NCBI GenBank assembly: GCA_014905635.1
Contig: CM026547.1
Span: forward strand, 3,906,001-3,970,000
Source of the DNA: Scenedesmus sp. PABB004
Taxonomy: Eukaryota
DNA length: 64,000 nt
Direction: 5' to 3'
The translations under genes were made by a program, and so were the position numbers. Below the pieces are notes generated by a model that worked only from the letters and a program-made list of their open reading frames with translations, was not told the DNA's origin and made no database searches. This document shows, piece by piece, positions 19,233 through 30,616 of the stretch; within the stretch, counting starts at the first letter, position 1; the number at the start of each line of letters is the position of its first letter.

Positions 19233-20489
19233 TCAAAAGTCGGGGAGGTCGTCAGCAGGCGCCGACCAGAGGTATCGGACCGACTGCAGCAGCCGCGCGC
19301 CGAGCGAGCCGCGGCCGCTGCCGCCGCCGCCCTGCCAGCCGCCGAGTAGGCCGCGCAGCCCGGCGCGGCCGCCCGCGGGCGCGGGCGCCGCGGCCTGGGC
19401 GCCGCGCGGTGCGCCGCCGTCGGTGCTGCCGGCCGGCGCGGCGCCGTCGAGCGAGGCGCGGCCGAGGTCGCTGCCGGCGCTGCTGCTGCCCGTGCCGCTG
19501 CTGCTCCTGCTGCGCTGCCAGCCGGCGCCGCCCTTGGAGCAGCTCGTGCGCCGCGCCGCGCTCAGCGAGGCCAGGTAGACGGCGGCGTCAAACGCCTGCA
19601 GCCCCTGCAGCTCCAGGCTCGACCCGTCTGCCGTGGCGGCGGCGGCGGCGGCGGCGCGGGGCGCGCGCGCGGCGCGTGAGGCCGCGGCGCGCGAGGACTG
19701 TGTGCGCGTGCGAGTGCGTGCGTGCGCGCGTGCGCGCGCAGTGCGCGCGCGCGCGGCGCGCGCACCCTGGCCCGGCGGCGTGCACTCAAACGTGATGTCG
19801 AACGCCTGCTCGCTGCCCAGGCCGAGCAGGCGGCGCACGTCGCCCTTGAAGCGCTCCACGCTGTGCCCCGGCGTGACCTCCAGGAAGTAGGTGGCCCCCC
19901 GGAACTGGATGCTCATGACCGGCGCGCCGCCGGGCGCTGGCTCGGCGCCGTCGTCGCCGGCGTCGGCGGGCGGCGCGAGGTGCGCGAACGCGTCCTTCCA
20001 GCTCGGCAGCGTCGCGCGGCAGAAGCGGCACATGCGCTCCTGCGGCGGCGCGGCGGCGTGAGGGGGCGCGCGCTGCGAGCAGCGGCGGCAGCCTGGCGCC
20101 GCCCGCGCCGCGCCGCCGGCGGCCGCGCGTGAGCCGCCGCTCGCGGTCGCGCACCTCCTCCCTGCCAGCGGACTGCAGCTGCCTGCGGGGGGCGCGGCGC
20201 GGGCGCAGGGCGCGGCGCCGGCGGTGGCGGGGTGAGCTGGCGCCCAATCCGGGCGCGCGGCGCGCGAGCGCCCGCGCGCGCTCGGCGTGGCGTGTGATCG
20301 GGCCCGCCCAGCCCGTCGGCGGCGGCGCGGCGGGTCCGGGCGCGCTCACCAGCGCGCGAGGCAGGCGCTGTGGCAGGCGAGGCTCTTGCACGCGCAGGGC
20401 TGCTGCAGCGGCCCCAGGGCGTTCGAGGGGCCCTCAAGGCAGATGTAGCAGCGCTGATCGCCGTCCGCGTCGTCCCCGCACTCGGACAT
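19233..20489 (-). CDS. RING-variant zinc-finger protein, paralogue of 8246-9695
   Basis: MSECGDD..CYICLEG..QPCACKSLACHSACLARW|QLQSAGREE|ERMCRFC..VMSIQFRGATY..ITFEC|..LQGLQAFDAAVYLA. Confidence 0.8.
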
Positions 20490-20771
20490 TTTGCTGCCGT
20501 GCCGCCGATCGCCCGCACGACGCGCCGTGCTGCCCCGCGCGCCGCCCGCGAGCTTCTAGCGCGATGTCCGGCCGTCCGCGCAGCGCGCGCGGGAACACCG
20601 GCGGGGGCAAGCAGGGGAGCTCGAAAACCTGTCACAGCCACCATCCGGCGCGGCCGCCCGCGGTCGCGACTGCAGCGCCCGGACACCGGCAGCCCCCGCG
20701 ACCAGCGCCGCCGCCGCGCGACCAGCCGCGCCACGCCGCCGGGTCAACGCGCGGGCGCCGCCGCGCGCTGG

Positions 20772-21627
20772 TCACCGCTTCTTCTGCGGGCGGCGGCGGC
20801 GCGCGTGAGCGGGCGTGGCACCCGCCGGCGTGCGCAGGCGGCCGCCGGCGCCGCACGCGCACCCGCGCGAGGCGCTCGGCCTCCTGGAAGTAGATGTTGC
20901 TCAGCGCGCGCATCGCGCTGCGGGCGGCGGCCCGCGCGCGGGGGGCGGCGTCACTCGCGCGCAGCGCCCGGAGGCCGCCCCGCCGGCTTTTGCGCCAGCG
21001 CCTGCACCAGCAGCGCCGCTGTCGGCTGCGCCGGCCGCTCGCCGCCGCCCCACTCACGCCTCCTTGTGCGCCAGGATCTGCGGGCGCGGCGGCCGCCGCG
21101 GAGGGGTGTGGGGCGCGCGCGTGGCACGAGGCCGCCGCCGCCACGCAGCGGGCTGCCGCCCCGGGCGAAGCGCTGGAGCAGCAGGGCGAGCGCCCTGCTG
21201 CTGCTCCGCTGCGGGCGCGGCGCACCTTGGTCTCGTCCGTTTCGTGCATGTTCATGCGAAACTGCTGCCGCACCTGCTCCACCAGCGCGCCCTCGTTACC
21301 TTGCTGCGGGCGCGCCCCGCCCGGCGCGCGCGGGCGGCGTGGGCGGCGGCCGGCGGAGCGCCCGCGCGCAGCAGTCGCGTCGCTGTGCGCCGCCGGCGGC
21401 GCGGCCCGAGCCCCCGCCGCCGCCGGCGGCGCTCGGGACACGCACCCGCCTGCCCATGAAGCGCGCGAGCATCATGAGATCCTTGTACAGCTGCGCGCCG
21501 CGGGCGGCCGGGCGCGAGCAGCGCTGCTCGCCGCCGCCGCTCGCCGCCGCTCGCCGCCGCGGCGCCGCACGCCGCGGCGCACCTTCTTCACCGAGGCCTC
21601 CTTGAACACCTGGTTGAGGGACGACAT
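20772..21627 (-). CDS. Small LYR-motif (Complex1_LYR-like) protein, ~6 short exons
   Basis: MSSLNQVFKEASVKK|LYKDLMMLARFMG..|VEQVRQQFRMNMHETDETK|ILAHKEA|AMRALSN..|KKR*; LYK plus downstream R-x-x-F pattern. Confidence 0.75.
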
Positions 21628-21974
21628 GCCGGCCGCGCCGGGGCGGCCCGGGTGGCGCGCAGGGGCCGCCGCAGCTCACGCCATCACCCGCCGCCGCCCG
21701 CTGCCGCTCGCCTCCGAGCAAGCTGGCGCGAGCGGTGTGGGGGCGGTCGCTGCGCCGCGGAGTGGAGGCGACCTGGCGCGGCCCCCGGGGTGCTCTGTGC
21801 GCCGCCGGCCTGCTGAGCCCTGCCGCACGGACCGCCGTGCTTGCCCTCGCGCGCCGTCCCTGGGGAGCGTGTTGCAGCTCCCCCACACAGTTGAACGCCC
21901 CCTGCTGCTGCTGCTTCCGCCGCCGCCGCCGATCGGCCGCGGCGTGCGCGGCGCGCTGGCCTCGCGCCGCGCCG

Positions 21975-22556
21975 CTAGCCCTCGGGCAGCGCCAGCAGCT
22001 CGCGGATGGCCTCCGCCACGAACTTGAGGTTGGCCTTGATGCGCGCCGCCTTGTCGACGCAGCGCGCCACCTCGGCCCGCAGCGCCGCCTGGCGCAGGTC
22101 GATCGCGCGGCCCGCCTCGTCGTGCGTGCACTCGAGGTGGAAGCCCAGCCCGATCGCGACGCACACGCGCGACGTGTCGGGCGCGACCGCGCGGCACAGC
22201 ACCCCGGGGCCAAGCTCCACGCGCGCCTTGAGCGGCGCGCCCGGCGCCTGCGCGGGCGGCCGCCCGCGGCGGCATGCCGCGTCGGCGCCGCAGCCGCCGC
22301 CGCTGCTGCTGTGCGCTCGCTGGCGCCGCCGCTGCCGCGCGCGTCGCCGCTGCTGCTGCGGTCCCCCGCCGCCCTGGGTGCCCCCTCCCCGCACCTGCGC
22401 CAGCGCGGCGAGCTCGCGGCGCAGCTCCTCGAGCTCCTCGACCTCTGCCTGCCGCGCCGCGCGCGCCGCGACCGTCTTCTGCAGGTCAACCTTCAGCACG
22501 TCGTTGGCAAACGCCTCATACTCGCGCACCTTGGCGCCCAGGTCCAGCCGGGGCAT
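21975..22556 (-). CDS. UXT: UXT / prefoldin alpha-like subunit, 2 exons
   Basis: KVREYEAFANDVLKVDL..., ARVELGPGVLCRAVAPDTSRVCVAIGLGFHLECTHDEA, KAARIKANLKFVAEAIRELL. Confidence 0.85.
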   Translation of the reverse strand: MPRLDLGAKVREYEAFANDVLKVDLQKTVAARAARQAEVEELEELRRELAALAQVRGGGTQGGGGPQQQRRRARQRRRQRAHSSSGGGCGADAACRRGRPPAQAPGAPLKARVELGPGVLCRAVAPDTSRVCVAIGLGFHLECTHDEAGRAIDLRQAALRAEVARCVDKAARIKANLKFVAEAIRELLALPEG

Positions 22557-23126
22557 GGGCGGGAGCGCCGGCGCGCTGCTGCGGAGAGCAGCAGCGGCGG
22601 CCGGCGGCGGCGGCGCGGCCGTCGGCGGCAGCCGCTCGTGTGGCGCAGTGACCTCCGGTGCGGAGAGGGGAGTGGGGGAGCCGCGCAGCAGTCATGGCCG
22701 CGTCGGGGCCGCGCCGCGCGGGCTCGCGCATCTCCGGCCCGCCCCGCGGCTCCCGGCGCCCACGCCCCGCCCGCGCCCGGCGGCAGTTGATTTACATCAG
22801 GCACCGCACGACGCGCCAGCTCCCAGGCCCCGCCGCGCCACACTTGGACAGGGCCTGGGACGCGCGACCGCAGCGCCGCTGGCCGGCGCCGCACGAATCC
22901 CCGCGCCCCTGGCCGGCCTCCCCACACTCCCACCCCACCGCTCCCACGCTCCGGCCGCACGAGCAGCCCGCACGGACGAGACCAAGGTGCGCGGCGCGCG
23001 CGGCGCTGCTCCGCCACGCTCCAGCGCTCGCCTGGGGGGCAGCGCGCTGCGCGGCGGCGGCGACCTCGTGCCACGCGTGTGTGCCCGATCTGCGCCCCCG
23101 CGCGCGCCGCCGCCGCCCGCAGCGCG

Positions 23127-25223
23127 ATGCGCGCCCTCAGCTGCTGCTGCCTCCTCCTGGCGGCGGCGGCCGCGTGCCTGCCCGCCGCCGCCGCGTCGCC
23201 TGTCCACCCCGACCTCCTCGCGCTCTGGCGGCCGGCGGCGGCGGCGACGTCGCGGCAGACGCTCGGGCGCCGGCGCCTCGCGCAGACGTTTGACCAGCCG
23301 CCCTCGCCCTTCACGCTCGACGGCTTTGCCCCCGGCTTCGGCGGCCTCTTTCCCGGCGGCGGCACGCTTGGCGGGTTTGGAAACAACATCTACAACGGCG
23401 TGTTCCGCGACATCTTCAACGCCGGGCTCACCGAGAGCCTCGCGGCCGCGATCCCCGACTCCCTGCCCAGCCTGGAGGACTTCCTCCCGCCGGACGAGGC
23501 GACCGGCTCGCGCGTCAGCCTGCGCCGCGGCGGCGTCGTCTCGCTCGCCGGCTTTGACGCCGTGGACAGGCGCGGCGGCGCGGCGCGGCGGCAGGGGGGC
23601 GCGCGGCAAAGGGGGCGCAGCATCCCCGCGCGCGCGCGCGCGCGAGCTGCGTCGCGCGCCGCCACCGCCGCGCGCGCGCCCACCCTGACAGGTGGGCTGG
23701 TCAGTTCTACACCAGCGCGACCGCACGGCTCGGCAAGCGCGTGCCGGGCGGCTGCACGGTGTGTGCGCGCGCGCTCGCGCGCTCTGCGCGGCCACCCTTC
23801 GCGCCTCGCCCCGCGCGCCCCGCCCCGCGCGCCTCGCCACGCGGCACGCCCAAAGCCCCGCCGCGCGCGCCCCGACCCCGCCGCGCCCGCGGCGCGCAGG
23901 GCCCCGTCTACTCCCTCGCCGTCAACGGCGCGGTGTGCGAGATCGACGACGACGGCGGCGTCGAGTGCAGCCGGCCGTCCATCGTGCTCAGCGCCGCGCC
24001 GCTGACCTGCAACCTGCCCTACCTCTCCGCGCCGGCGCTCGAGGCGCGCGGGGCGGCGCGCGCGGGCGCAGCGCGCGCGTTCGCAGCGCGTGCGGGCGCC
24101 TCGAGACCGAGCGCGCGGGCCTCCCAGCGCCGCCCGCGGCCGCCCGCCCGACTGCCCGCGCGCCGGGGTGCAGGGCGCGGGCTACCAGTACCAGGCAACG
24201 TTTGGCTCCGCGCGCGAGGCCACGCTCGGCGGGCCGCCGGGCGAGTACAACTTTGGCGCGGCGGTCAACGTGACGGTGCCGTGGATCGCCTTTAGCGCTC
24301 AGCTCAACCGCGTCGCCAACGACTTTGGCGTGCAGCAGTGGTACCAGTTCGTGGGACAGCTCATCCTCAACGAGGCGCGCGGCGCGGCGCGCAGCGGGGA
24401 GGGAGGGCGGGGCGGCCGAGGCGCCGGCGCGCGCCCGCCGCGCCGGCGGCCGCGGCCCGCGGCCGCGCACGCGCTGCCTCGTGGGCGTGCCCGCACCGCA
24501 TCCCCGCCGCCGCCCCCCGCGCCGCGCGTGCAGCTCATCCGCATCCAGGTCGCGCTCGGGCCCGTGCTGGACGTGCGCCTCGCGACGGCGGAGCGCAACT
24601 ACCTGGCCGCGCGCGCGGGCACGCCCGTGGCCGGCCCGGTCGTCGCGCTCAGGTCGGCGGCCGTCAACGGGACGGCCGCCGGCAACGCGACGGCCGCCGC
24701 GGCGCGCGGGGCGGCGTCCACCCAGCGCGGCGGCGGCGGCGGCGCGGCCGAGGGCGCGGCCGCGCTGGCGGGCGCGAGCGCGGACCTGCTGCAGCGCATC
24801 GCCGGATACATGGGCCTGCCACCGCGCGACCTGGCGGACGGCATGCGCCGCGCGGGGCTGCTGGCCAAGCCCGCGCCCGCGCCCGCGTCCGCGTCCGCGC
24901 CCCGCGCGCGCGCGCCCCGCACGGCCGCCGCCGCCGCCGCGCCGGCGCGCAACGCGACGGCGGCGGGCAACGCCACAGCGGGGGGCAACGCGACGACGGC
25001 CGCGAGCTCCGCCGCGGTCAAGGCGCCCACGCCAAGCGCGGCCGGGCCCGGCGGCGTCGTGGTGTCCACCAGCAAGGTCGCAGCCGAGGGCGACGCGGGC
25101 CTGCTGGCCGAGCTCGACAAGGTGCCGACGGCGGCCGCGGCGGTGCCCGCGCGCGGTGGCGCCGCGACCGGCGCGGCCGCGCGGCGCGCCAGGGCCGCGG
25201 CGGCGGCCAAGGCCACGCCGTGA
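23127..25223 (+). CDS. Uncharacterised secreted or cell-wall protein, multi-exon
   Basis: Signal-peptide-like MRALSCCCLLLAAAAACLPAAAA, RRRLAQ motif, Cys-containing middle exons, Ala-rich tail with repeated N-A-T sequons. Confidence 0.65.
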
Positions 25224-25580
25224 GACGGCGAGGGGCCCGGCTCGAGCGCGGGCTGAGGAGTTGCGGCTGGGCACCCACGGCCAGCGCCGCGTGCGAGCGG
25301 CGGTCTGTCGCCAAAGCGTTGCGAGGCCGGGCAAAGACCGTGAATTGGCAGCGTTACCCGCCCGGCCCGCCGCCGCGCGCCGCGCGCACGCGGCCAGCCC
25401 AGCCGCGCGCGCCCGGCCCGCCGCCGCACGCTCGCGCCGCCCGCCGCGCGCCGCGCCCCGCGCTCCGCCGCCGCGCGCCCGGTGCCGCCGTCCCGTGAGG
25501 GCTCGGGCGGCGCCGCCACATGCCGGGCGCCGCCGCCCTCAGGGGCAACGAGGCGACGGCCTTGCCTGGGGAGGGGCGGC

Positions 25581-27818
25581 TCAGGCGATGCCGTCGCGAA
25601 AGAAGGCGTCGTAGGTTGAGCGGTTCTCCTCGTCCATGAGCCCCAGGCGCTTGAGGCGGCGCTCCGCGTAGAACTCGAGGGCGCCGAGGTCGGAGGCCCG
25701 GCCCTCGAAGAACGCGAGCAGGCCGTCGAGCGCCTCCTTCTCGCCCAGGCGCACCTGGGCGCGGCCGCGAGGGGTTGCGCGGGGGGAGGGGGGGAGGGCG
25801 CGTGTGTGGATGGTGGGCGTGGTGTGCGTGGTGTGTGTGTGTGTGTGTGGGGGGGGGGGTGACGAGGAGCGGAGGTGAGCGCATGCGCAGGGAGTGAGGC
25901 CGGGGGCGGGGCCGCCCCGCACCTTGACCGCCGTCTCCTCGCGGCTGCCCGGCGCGACGGCGCCGTCGCGCAGCAGGGCCAGGTCCTCCTCAATGGTGCT
26001 CACGTAGCCTGCCGCGCAGCGAGGGGGGGGGGGGAGGGGGGCGGCGTGGCGAGCGTGGGCCGGCGCGGGCCGGCGCCCGCGCGCGCGCCGCGCCTGGTCC
26101 TGCGTTTGGCCCCTCCCGCGCGCGCGCGCGCCGCGCGGCCGCGCACCCGCGAGCGCCTCGCGCGCGCCGTCCATCATCGCGGCGCACACGGCGGCCTCGT
26201 TCGGCGCCGACACGGGGAGGCACATAAAGTCCCACACCTCGGCCTCAAAGATTGATTCCAGCAGGAAGCAGTCCGTGCCTGCGGCGGCACGAAGACCGGT
26301 TGGCCGGCAGCACGCGGCGCGCGGCGCGGTCGGCCGGCGGCGCCGGCCGGCGAGCAGGAGGTGCCGGCGTGCCGCAGCGCGACACGGGTCGTGCCGCGCC
26401 CCGCGCGCGCGCGGCAGCAGCGGGCGCGCGCACCCCCGAGCTGCATGAGGCGGAGGAAGCCCATCATCTCTGCCGGTGGCTCCGTGCCGCGCACGAGCGT
26501 GAACGCGGCGCTCGCGCCGAGGCCGGCGCGCTCGAGGATGGCCAGCTTGTCGTCGTAGTAGCGGTCAGAGTCGGGCAGCGTCAGCGTCAGGCTGTACCCG
26601 CCCTGCGCGCACGCACGGCGCGGCGGCGCGGCGGCGGTGTCGCGCCGCGTGGGCCGCCGCGCGGCGGCGGGCGCCGCGGAGCAGCCGCGGCAGCGGCGGC
26701 GGCCAGGGGCCAGCGGCCAGGGGCGTGCCGCGCTGCGCGCGCTGTGCGCGCCTTTGGCGCCGCCGCGTCCATGACGGCGTGGTCGAGCAGCACCGCGCCG
26801 TCGAGCTTGTCGGGGCCGTAGTCCATGCCCAGCGCCTCGCCCTTGCGCACCGGCCGCGTCGCCTCGAGCGCGAGCGACCGCCCGCCGCCAAACAGGCCGC
26901 CGCTCTTGAGCCGCCACGCGACGTTGCCGGCGCGGCTGTGCAGGACCTGCGCGGTGGGCGGGCGCGCGGCGCGGCGGGCGCGCGCGCGCGTTGGGGGCCC
27001 GCGCGGCGGCGCCGCGCCGCGCCGCGCCGCCGCCGCGCCGCGCCGCCGCCGCGCCGCGCCGCCGCCGCGCCGCGCCGCCGCCGCGCCGCCGTCGCCGCGC
27101 CGCGCCGCCGCCGGCGCACCGCGTCTGCGAGCGGCACGAGCGCGACGGGGTCGGCGTCGAGCGGTGCGTGCAGCTTGCTGCGCACGCTCGCGACCGCCCA
27201 GGCAAAGCCTGCGTAGGTGAAGCGGTCGGCCGGGAACGCTGCCCGGTGCGGCTCAAACAGCGACGCCTCGAGCGCCGCAAACTGCTCCCGGAAGAACTGC
27301 CGGTACCCGAGCACCGACTCCAGCAGCTGGCTGCCCTGCAGCAGCGCGAGCTCGTCGTCGCTCCAGAAGAGCGGCGAGTTTGGCGCGCTCGGCAGCGACG
27401 ACACGTACGCCGCGAGCGGCCCGCCGCCGCCCGCGCCGCCGCGCTCCGACAGCAGCAGCAGCGCCAGCTGCAGCCACGGCTCCAGGTCGGACACGAGGCC
27501 GCCGATGGCGCTGCGCTGCGCCGCCGGCGCGCCGAGCCAGGCGGCCTCGGGCACGCTCAGCAGCGCCGCGCCGGCGGGCGCGTCGGCCGCCGCCGCGAGC
27601 ACCGGCGCGCCGGTGGCCACGTCCGGGACCACGACCAGCTTGTCGGTGGCCACCTTGTTGGCGGGCGCCCACACGTTCACCAGCACGCCCAGCGGGTCGG
27701 CCGCCTGCACGGCAGACGCCCGGGGCGCGATGCGCGCCCGCGCCGGCCTGCACGCGCGCCGCGCCGGCCCGTCCGCTGGCGCGATGGCACAGCGGCGCAT
27801 CCGCAAAGACGCCTGCAT
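25581..27818 (-). CDS. RBCMT: Plastid SET-domain Rubisco large-subunit / aldolase lysine methyltransferase (LSMT)
   Basis: LEPWLQLALLLLSE, SPLFWSDDELALLQGSQL, ALVPLAD, YSLTLTLPDSDRYYDDKLAILE, DCFLLESIFEAEVWDFMCLPVS, LEFYAERRLKRLGL. Confidence 0.85.
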
Positions 27819-28130
27819 GGCGGGCGTGGGTCCCAGGCGGCGCGCCTGGGCTGGGGGACGGCCGCTGCTTGGGGCGGCGCGCTCGCGGCGGCTGCGTGGC
27901 CCGCGTGGGCGGGCGCTGGGCGGGCTGGCGCGAGCGAATTTCACGTCCTGAGGCCCCCGGGCGCGGCTGTGGCGCAGATCGTCGGCGCCGCGCCAAGGGC
28001 GCCGCCGGCGCGCGCCGCAAGGGCTCAGGGCGCACCCGTCACAGACCCGCCCGCTCGCTTCTGGCCGCCGCCGCTGCCGCACGGGCGGCGCAGCCGGCGC
28101 GGCAATACACGCGCGCGCCCACACTCATCG

Positions 28131-30126
28131 TCAGTCAAACTGCCGCGTGCCCGGGCGGCGGCGTTGAACGCGACGAGCGCGGCGCCGAGCACGGCCGCCG
28201 CGACGCCGTGCGCGCGCCACCAGCCCGCCAGCTCCGCCGCGCCGCCGGCGCCGTCCAGGATGTAGCCGGTCACCGCCACGCCCACCACGCCCGCCAGCGT
28301 GCCTGCGCGGGCGCGCGGCGGGGCGTTGGCCGGGGCGGCGGGGTCGCCGCGCGCCCCGCCGCGCGGCGCGGGGGCGCGCGGGCGAGCGCCGCCGCCGCAC
28401 GCACCCGCGGTGTTGCTGATGCCCATGAGCATGCCCGCCTGGCGCGGCGCGATGTCCATGTGGTTCACGCTGAACCCGCCGCGACTGAAGCCGAGCGTGC
28501 CCATCGCCAGCGTCGTCGCGAGCACGCCGCCGCCGCGGCCGCGCGCGAGCGGCATCGTCAGCAGCGCCGCCATCGCCGACGCCATGCCTGCGGCGGCGCG
28601 GCGTGGGCGGGCAGCGCCTGCTGGGCGCCGCGCCGGGGCCCAGGCGCGCCGCGCCGCGCCGCGCCGCGCCGCACCGACGGTGTTGATGGCCTTCCGCGCC
28701 GCCGCGACGGTGTGGCGGCGGCGCAGGATGAGCGCGTCGCCCGCCCAGCCGCCGGCGTTGCTGCAGGCAAACATGACCAGGTACGGCAGCGCCTTGAGCC
28801 CGCCCACACTCGCGAGCTCCAGCCCCAGCACGCTGCCGCGGCGGCGGCCGCGCGGAGGCGCGGCGGCGGCGTGCGTGGGCGCGGGCCCACCTCCGCGCAC
28901 GCGCACGCGCGCACGCGGCAGGCGCACGCTCGGCTGCGCCCTGCCCTGCGCTGGCTTGCAGTGCAGTGCACGCACCTGTTGAAGTAGGTCGGCAGCCAGT
29001 TCATGACCAGGTAAAAGGCATAGTGAAAGGCAAAGTTGCTGACCACGATCGCCCACACCGCGGGGCTGGCCAGCAGCGCGCGCCACGGCGCGAGCGCGCC
29101 GCCGCCGGACCGCGCGGCGCCGCCGCCGCCGGCGGCCTCGCCCTTGCGCGCCGCGTCGGGGGAGGTGAGCGGCATCGTCGCGTCGCTGCGCGGCGGCGCG
29201 GCGGCGCGGCGGGTGAGCGCCGGGCGCGCGCTGGCCGGCGGGGACCGCCCCGCGCCGCGCCCTGGCTAGGGCACCCCCAGCCGAGCGCCGCTCACGTCGA
29301 CGCGCGGTGCCCCGGCGCCTCCCTGCCCACGGCCAGCCACAGCGCGAGCCAGGCGAGGCCCAGCACGCCGACGAGGCGCGGCAGGCTCGCCGGCCCCCAC
29401 GCCGCGCTCAGCGACGGCAGCACCAGCATCGCGGCGGCCGAGCCCAAGTACATGCCTGCCGCGCGGCGGGCGGCGGCCAGCAAGCGGCCTCGGCTGGGCG
29501 GCGCCGCTGGCCGGCACCCCCAGGCGTGCCACCGCAGGCCGGCGCCGGCGCGGCGCGGCGCGGCGCACCCGAGGTGGTCAGCGACACCGCGCGCGCGCGC
29601 TCGTGCGGCGGGACCCACTGCGACAGCACCGTGTGCACCGACGGGATGAGCGCGCCCTGCGCCAGGCCCACGCACACGCGCGCGGCGACGACGCGCGCCA
29701 CGCTGCGCGCGCTGCCCGGCGTCAGCAGGCTGCCGAGCGACCACGCCGCAAACGACGCCGCGAGCGTGCGCCGCCCGCCGTAGAGCTGCGCCGCCCAGCC
29801 GCCCGGGATCTGCGGCGCGGCGCGGCGGCGCGCAGCGCGGCGGCGCGCTCGGCGGGGCAGGGACTGGCGTCGCCGGCCCCGCCGTCCCTGACGTGGCCTC
29901 CGCCGCCGCGCCGCGCCCCGCCCCGCCCCGCCCGGCCGCGGCCGCGCCGCGCCTGTGAGACGCCGTACCCCCAGTAGAAGGCGGCGAGCACGTTGCCCTT
30001 GGCCGCCTCGTCCAGGCCGGCGCCGGCGGCCATGGCGGTGAAGGCGATGGAGAAGCCCACGCGCTCGACGTACGCCACGAGCGTCGCGAGGAAGCAGGCG
30101 AGCACGATCACCGCGCGCGCCTCCAT
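28131..30126 (-). CDS. PHT4;6: MFS anion/phosphate transporter, PHT4;6 (SLC17-like); apparent 1-nt frameshift near the 3' end
   Basis: LVAYVERVGFSIAF, FYWGYGVSQ|IPGGWAAQ..GGR, LAQGALIPSVHTVLSQWVPPHERARAVSLTTS|GMYLG, FHYAFYLVMNWLPTYF, SRGGFSVNHMDIAP, MGISNTA. Confidence 0.87.
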
Positions 30127-30616
30127 CCCGCGGCGCGGCCGGCGCCGGGCCGGGCGGCTGCCGGCGGCGGCCGCGCGGCGGGGGCCGGCCGCGCCGCCCG
30201 GCGCCTCGGCTGCGGCGGCAGCAGCGGCCGCGGCCGGCCGGCGCAGCGGGCGCCGGCGCCCCCGGCCGCTGGCCTTCTCGCCTGGGGCGGCGGCCGCGGT
30301 GACGGCGGCGCCGCCCAGCGGCGGCGGCGGCGGTCCCGCAGCGCAACCGCTCCGGCAGCAGCAGCGGCGCGGCGCGCGGCGCGGCGCCGGCGGCGGTGGG
30401 CCGCGGTGGGCGGGTGGCTGGTGTGCGGCGGCGGCGCCTGCGTGGCGACGCGCACTAGGCGACGCAGCCCGGTTGGTCTGGCGACGCTCCAGTGCCCCCG
30501 AGTGATGGCGCGGCCCAGGCCAGCGGCGCGCGCGCATTGGCGCACACCCGCCCGGCCCCTGACGCTCCACACCCGCCCACGCGGTCTCACATTGCCGCCG
30601 GGCGCGCCCGCTCGCC

